Positions 59,737 to 64,000 of a DNA stretch of 64,000 bases are shown piece by piece. The stretch comes from Thermoplasmata archaeon. Lineage in GTDB: Archaea > Thermoplasmatota > Thermoplasmata > Lutacidiplasmatales > UBA184. The position numbers and the translations under genes are program-made. The DNA is taken from NCBI GenBank assembly GCA_028864975.1, contig JAGWLG010000017.1:1624-65623 (forward strand), in the 5' to 3' direction. The notes below the pieces were generated by a model. The model was not told the DNA's origin and ran no database searches. It saw nothing but the letters and a program-made list of their open reading frames with translations. How positions within the stretch are numbered: position 1 is the first letter of the stretch; every line of letters begins with the position of its first letter.

Positions 59737-62700
59737 TCATGGCGCTTCGCCCGGGGTCGAAGCGGAGCCCGGGGGGTCTCGCGCCCTTCGGACTCCCCTC
59801 ACGCGAGCGAGGAGCAACCCGCCGAGCGCCGCGACCAGGAGCACCGCCACGAGCGGCAGCGCGGCCCCAGCGATCGCCGGGAGCACGAGCAACCCGAGCG
59901 GGGCGAAGAGGAGCACGAACGGACCGCTCGTTGACGAGGCCGGGGAGGAGGAGACCAACTTCCCTCCCTCCTTCATCGCCGAGAGATGGGAGGAAGAGGC
60001 CGCTGCCCACTGCGTCGCGGACGGTAGGGTGGTCGGGCTGGTGGCGACCGTGTAGGTCACCGACGTGATGTGCAGGAAGTCGTAGAGGTAGGCCCCGTAG
60101 TCGCCCCAGGGTTGGGGCGTGGTCGTAACGCCACCCGCACCGTTGCCGAAGGAGTGCTCAGCGACCTGGCCGTTCCCGATGTAGACGGCGGTGTGGTCCC
60201 AGCCGCCTCCGCTCCAATCGTACATGATCAGGTCCCCCGGTTTCATCCAGGAGGGGAGCGAGCCCCCGGTCGCCTCCTGGACCATGTGGCCGGAGATGAG
60301 CCAGTTCCGAAGGCTGACGACCGAGGGGTTCCCGTAGGGGGGAGGCACGGTCGAGGGGACGTTGATCCCACCCGCGTGGAGGGCGAGGGACGCGAAGTGC
60401 GTGCAGTCGTCCCCGATGCTCCCGTAGGCGCTCACGATGTACGGGGTCCCCGTTCCTTGGGAGAAGTGGTGGTAGCAGCACCCCGAGGTCCAGTAGTAGC
60501 CGTCCGAACCCACGACCCCCATGTAACTGCGAGCGTACGAGGCGGCCGCGGCCCCGTTGTAGCCTGAACCACCTCCGCCGCCACCCCCGCCACCGCCTCC
60601 CCCGCCGCCGCCCCCTCCGGTCTGGAGGAAGTGGGCGATCGTCGGCCAAAGGCCGCTCGGCATCGCAGCGGGGCCATCGTCCAGCGCCCAGTAGGCGAGG
60701 AAGTGGACCCCGAGGTTGGTCGTGGATTGGACCTCGGATTGCATGTCCGAGAGCTCGCTCGGAGAACCCGCGCAGTACTCGGGGTCGAGGCCGAGCCCCA
60801 GGTGGGATGTCCCGATCGACGCGAGCGAGGTGTGCGCGGCTCCGTTGAACTGGCTCAACGAGCAGGTGTAGTCCATCAGGACCCAGGTGTCGACCGACGA
60901 CCGGGCCATGCTCGAGAGGGACCAGAAGCCGGGGCTCCACAGGGCGAAGTCCCCGTTCAGCTTCATCCCCTTCCCGTGCAGCGCCGTCGCGAACTGCCCC
61001 ATGAACTGGGCATAGGCCGAGGCGTCCCCGCCGGCGACGGAACCTCCGTTGCAGCTCGAGTCGGGCTCGAAATCCACGTTGTACCCCGCGTACCCGTTCC
61101 CCTTCGCCGTGGTCACGGCCTGGTTGATGAACGGCTGCCAGAGGCTGGAGGCACCCAGGAAGTAGTTCAGGGTGTAGAGGTCGCACGACGTGATCATCGG
61201 GTACATCTTGGAGGAATGCTGCTGGGCCCAGGGCGTCAGGTCGTTCTGGGTACCGGCGTAGCCTCGAGAGCCGAAACTTCCCGAGCTCGAGAGGTAGAAG
61301 GCCTCCTCCGAGATGGACGGGATGTCCTTCGCGACGGTCGCGTACTCGTTGGCGAAGGCGCTTCGGGAGCCTGCCCACGAGCAGAACTGGCATACCCACG
61401 GCATGAACGTCAGGCTCGTGGAGCCGCCGCCTCCGCCCCCGCCTCCTCCGCCGCCCCCTCCTCCGCCACCGCCGGAGCCCGCGCAGGGGGACCCGGAGCT
61501 GTAGGGGATACAGAGGTACCATCCGGCGGTGATGAGGTTCGGGTTGGAGATGCCGTCCACGCTCGCGATCATCGTGTACTTCGCGCTGTTGCCGTAGGCC
61601 TGACCCGCGATCCCCGAGAGCGTGTCGCCCGACCGGATCTGGTACCAGTCACCCGGGGTCGGAGAGCCCGTGAGCGGTGTGCACGGGCTCGGTCCGTAGA
61701 GGTTGCAGTTCCCGCTCCCGCCACCGCCACCGCTCGAGGAACAGGGGGAGCCCCCGCTCGTCGGGATGCAGAGGTAGTAGCCCGAGCTGATGAGGTTCGG
61801 GTTCGGGATACCGTCCACGCTGGCGATCATCGTGTACTTCCCCGAGTTGCCGTAGGCCTGTCCCGCGATCCCGGACAGTGTGTCACCGGAGCGGATCTGA
61901 TACCACTCCCCCGGCGTGGGGGAGCTCGCGAGCGGTGTGCAGCGGTTCGGGCCGTAGAGGTTGCAGCTGCCGCCGCCTCCTCCTCCGCCCCCACCCCCGC
62001 CGCCACCGCCGCTGGAGGAGCAAGCGGTGCCGCTCGAGTGGGGGATACAGAGGTACCATCCGGCGGTGATGACGTTCGGGTTGGAGATGCCGTCGACACT
62101 CGCGATCATGGAGTAGAGGTTACCGTTCCCGTAGGCCTGGCTCGCGATCCCCGAGAGGGTGTCGCCCGATCGGATGCGGTACCAGTTGCCGGGAGAGGGG
62201 CTCGAGGTCAAGGGCTGGCAGGAGGCGGGCCCGTAGAGGTTGCAGCCGCCGCCTCCGCCGCCACCGCCTCCCCCGCCGCCACCCCCGCCGCCCCCGCCAC
62301 CGCTAGAGCAGACGTTGGAGGGGCAGACCGTGCTCCAAGGCAGGCCGGCCTGGTTCTGGCCGGAGCCGGAGCAGCCCTTCCAACCCGTGCCGTAGAAGCC
62401 GTTGGGGGCCCACTTACAGTAGGCGCCGGACAGGTAGCTTCCCCAGAAGTTGTAGCTGTTCGCCCCGTAGTAGGCGTGGGCCCACTGGAACGAGCAGCTG
62501 GGGTTGAAGTAGATCCCACCCCAATTGCCGCTGCTGCCGGACCACGTGGAACAGGTCGAGGCCTGGTAGCCCCCGATGGGGAAGGGGTTGCCCTGGGGCG
62601 GGGACTGTCCACCTGTCCCTTCCTGAAGGATCCCTTCCGCGTAGTAGACCGGCTCGATCGCTGCGGGGTCGAAGCTGCTCTCCTGATAGGCCATCGCGAC

Positions 62701-63006
62701 GAAGGTGATCACGAGCTGGCCGGAGAACCCGGCGTTGAGGGCACAGTCGACGACCGCCTGGAGGGAGAGCGATGTGTGTTGACCGTAGTAGTAGGCGTTC
62801 GGGCAGCCCGACGCCGCGATCGAAGGGCTCACGGGGGCGGAAGACGCCGAGGAGACCTCGGGCGAGAGCGAGGAGGGCGGGCTCGTTCCCTGGGCAGGTA
62901 CTCCTGAAAGCACCATGCCCACGGCGGTCGCCACGGCGGCGACCAGCAGCAGCCAGGGGGTTTCGGAGGGCCGAGAAGCGCGAGAGGGTCCTCGCGAAGA
63001 TTCCAT
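59737..63006 (-). CDS. Membrane-anchored multi-domain peptidoglycan hydrolase-like protein. SLT/lysozyme-like, 3x LysM, GH18/SleL-like and amidase (Amidase_6-like) domains joined by poly-Gly linkers
   Basis: SLT motif 'AMAYQESSFDPAAI...AEGILQ'. Three LysM copies: 'WY(R/Q)IRSGDTLSGIA(S/G)QAYGN...ASVDGI(S/P)NPN(V/L)I(T/S)(A/S)G(W/Y)YLCIP'. GH18-like 'GYAGYNVDFEPD'. Amidase-like 'DDCTHFASLALHAGG' ... 'GDLIMYDWSGGGWDHTAVYIG'. Signal peptide WLLLVAAVATAVGMVLSG. C-terminal TM LPLVAVLLVAALGGLLLA followed by RVRGVRRAR. Confidence 0.85.
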   Translation of the reverse strand: MESSRGPSRASRPSETPWLLLVAAVATAVGMVLSGVPAQGTSPPSSLSPEVSSASSAPVSPSIAASGCPNAYYYGQHTSLSLQAVVDCALNAGFSGQLVITFVAMAYQESSFDPAAIEPVYYAEGILQEGTGGQSPPQGNPFPIGGYQASTCSTWSGSSGNWGGIYFNPSCSFQWAHAYYGANSYNFWGSYLSGAYCKWAPNGFYGTGWKGCSGSGQNQAGLPWSTVCPSNVCSSGGGGGGGGGGGGGGGGGGGCNLYGPASCQPLTSSPSPGNWYRIRSGDTLSGIASQAYGNGNLYSMIASVDGISNPNVITAGWYLCIPHSSGTACSSSGGGGGGGGGGGGGGSCNLYGPNRCTPLASSPTPGEWYQIRSGDTLSGIAGQAYGNSGKYTMIASVDGIPNPNLISSGYYLCIPTSGGSPCSSSGGGGGSGNCNLYGPSPCTPLTGSPTPGDWYQIRSGDTLSGIAGQAYGNSAKYTMIASVDGISNPNLITAGWYLCIPYSSGSPCAGSGGGGGGGGGGGGGGGGGSTSLTFMPWVCQFCSWAGSRSAFANEYATVAKDIPSISEEAFYLSSSGSFGSRGYAGTQNDLTPWAQQHSSKMYPMITSCDLYTLNYFLGASSLWQPFINQAVTTAKGNGYAGYNVDFEPDSSCNGGSVAGGDASAYAQFMGQFATALHGKGMKLNGDFALWSPGFWSLSSMARSSVDTWVLMDYTCSLSQFNGAAHTSLASIGTSHLGLGLDPEYCAGSPSELSDMQSEVQSTTNLGVHFLAYWALDDGPAAMPSGLWPTIAHFLQTGGGGGGGGGGGGGGGGGSGYNGAAAASYARSYMGVVGSDGYYWTSGCCYHHFSQGTGTPYIVSAYGSIGDDCTHFASLALHAGGINVPSTVPPPYGNPSVVSLRNWLISGHMVQEATGGSLPSWMKPGDLIMYDWSGGGWDHTAVYIGNGQVAEHSFGNGAGGVTTTPQPWGDYGAYLYDFLHITSVTYTVATSPTTLPSATQWAAASSSHLSAMKEGGKLVSSSPASSTSGPFVLLFAPLGLLVLPAIAGAALPLVAVLLVAALGGLLLARVRGVRRARDPPGSASTPGEAP

Positions 63007-63027
63007 GGTCGTATTTTCGCTCAGCCC

Positions 63028-63036
63028 CTATTTGAA
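63028..63036 (-). promoter_or_regulatory. TATA-like box (tcaaatagg on the minus strand) about 26 nt upstream of ATG 63006
   Basis: AT island 'cctatttga' upstream of the hydrolase gene. Confidence 0.4.
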
Positions 63037-63352
63037 CGTGGCGAGCGGCAGGTCCTGAGGACGAAAATCGTCTCCACGCGGGCCACGGGGGCGCGAGGGC
63101 TGCCTACCTCGCTCCGAGGGACCCCAACTCCAGCGGTGAAGACCTCAGCCCGTGTCCGGCCCAGCGCCACCGCGCGCGTGCGAGGCCGGACGGGGAGGTC
63201 ATGGGGTGTCCGACACGACACCTCGTATCGGCCTCCTTGAAATCCTGCGAGTGGGTGAAAACCTCGACCATGCCCGCGGCTACCGTCGTGCTCTTGGTCC
63301 TTGTAGGAGCCGCCGCGGTCCTTCTCCCCACGGCGTCGCCCTCCATGGGGCG

Positions 63353-63676
63353 ATGAGCGACGCGCAGCACCCACCGTGTCCTCCCGCGTCCCCCGCCGGT
63401 CATGGAGAGAACTCCGGTCGGGGTGAGAACGGTACGGGCGACCACGACAATGAGACCGGGGACCCCGCGAACGAGACGGGCGAGAACAACGACACCGGCG
63501 ACTATGAGAACGAGACCGGAGACGACAACCAGACCGGAGAGCAGGGCCCCGGCGAGAACGATACGGATGGGGACAACGAGACCGCGGACGATGGGATGGC
63601 CTGCGGCGAAGGCCCCGAACACTCGGGCGACCTTCTCTCCTCCTTCACCTCCCTCGTGCTCCGGGCCCCGCTGTAG
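63353..63676 (+). CDS. Possible acidic 'NETGD'-repeat protein (start uncertain, possibly frameshifted)
   Basis: Frame 2 reads 'GENGTGDHDNETGDPANETGENNDTGDYENETGDDNQTGEQGPGENDTDGDNETADDG' with GC-rich third positions. The opposite-strand hydrophobic ORF (63104..63622) looks like its mirror image. Confidence 0.35.
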   Translation: MSDAQHPPCPPASPAGHGENSGRGENGTGDHDNETGDPANETGENNDTGDYENETGDDNQTGEQGPGENDTDGDNETADDGMACGEGPEHSGDLLSSFTSLVLRAPL

Positions 63677-63725
63677 GGCCTCGCTTTCGTTGGGTTCATC
63701 CGTTCGGTGAGCGTGCGCCCACGCC

Positions 63726-64000
63726 GTGCGTGGCGCCCGGGCCAGATCACTCTCACCTCGTCGCCGGCGTCTCCAACTCCGCCAGACCTTCGACCGTTCG
63801 GTGGACAGGGAGTGGCGGAGGTTCGCTCTCGAGCCCCATCGAAGGCTCCGGGGGGAGCTGCGGGCCCGCTTCCTTCGGAAGCACCTATCGGGGGTCAGGG
63901 GGCGGGTGCTGGAGCTGGGTCCAGGACCGGGGCGGTTCTCTCCGGAGGTGCTTCGGTCGAGAGGGGCCTCCTTGCTGGCGGTGGACCTCTCCCGTGAGGG
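63726..64000 (+). CDS. Class I SAM-dependent methyltransferase, 3'-partial (runs off the window)
   Basis: Frame 3 is open from the stop at 63708-63710 to the window end: '...FDRSVDREWRRFALEPHRRLRGELRARFLRKHLSGVRGRVLELGPGPGRFSPEVLRSRGASLLAVDLS'. Motif I is 'VLELGPGPGRF' and motif II is 'LLAVDLS'. This ORF is not in the ORF track. The GTG start at 63726 is a guess. Confidence 0.5.
   Translation, partial: MRGARARSLSPRRRRLQLRQTFDRSVDREWRRFALEPHRRLRGELRARFLRKHLSGVRGRVLELGPGPGRFSPEVLRSRGASLLAVDLSRE

Noticed and set aside
63104-63622. 172-aa hydrophobic minus-strand ORF opposite the NETGD-repeat frame.
   Set aside because: The Val/Leu/Gly-rich periodic sequence is the antisense image of the GAx/AAC/ACC-rich acidic repeat. 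The plus frame has the more convincing third-position GC bias. Neither frame is strongly supported.
1-64000. tRNA, rRNA or other structured RNA genes in the longer non-coding gaps (14008-14258, 15840-16353, 33327-33571, 38496-38826, 63007-63269).
   Set aside because: I could not find T-loop (GGTTCGAATCC-like) or anticodon-arm patterns, or rRNA-like conserved blocks by eye. Without a covariance-model scan (tRNAscan-SE, Infernal) this is only absence of evidence.

Overview
This is a 64-kb, densely coding window of roughly two-thirds G+C (judged by eye). It reads as archaeal. A fused FlaJ/TadC-type polytopic gene sits next to a FlaI/PilB-type ATPase. Small proteins carry class-III-like N-termini. 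AT-rich TATA-like boxes lie about 26-35 nt upstream of several start codons, which suggests leaderless mRNAs. 'FTESGLPxGTxWSVxLNG' modules resemble, from memory, Thermoplasmata/Sulfolobales surface proteins, and N-x-S/T sequons are very dense. A Thermoplasmatota-like origin is only a guess. I found no rRNA, tRNA or CRISPR array.

Cell-envelope genes dominate.
(i) Two tandem giant paralogous surface proteins (a 5'-partial one of more than 1750 aa and one of about 2820 aa) are built from about 160-aa bipartite modules repeated at least 9 and 10 times.
(ii) A cupredoxin-like/6xPKD protein is translationally coupled to a Zn-ribbon/RnfD-NqrB-like membrane protein. A second cupredoxin-like plus RnfD-like pair lies about 7 kb away.
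(iii) A small metal cluster holds a ZIP transporter, two HTH regulators and a Met/His-rich protein.
(iv) A 1030-aa protein is a sequon-rich S-layer candidate.
(v) An islet at about 33.4-38.8 kb has a gluzincin / SLOG(DUF2493) / P-loop-fusion operon, a methyltransferase and an ISAzo13-like transposase remnant.
(vi) A nine-gene type-IV-pilus-like operon (41.5-51.9 kb) is flanked by a domain-less 1490-aa protein, a 1037-aa PKD protein and a 1089-aa membrane-anchored protein. That last protein stacks four peptidoglycan-directed modules: SLT, 3xLysM, a GH18/SleL-like domain and an amidase domain.

The candidates most worth follow-up are the pilus-like machinery with its giant neighbours and the murein-hydrolase gene, and the duplicated cupredoxin-like/RnfD-like pairs. 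All family calls rest on motifs read by eye. No searches were run.
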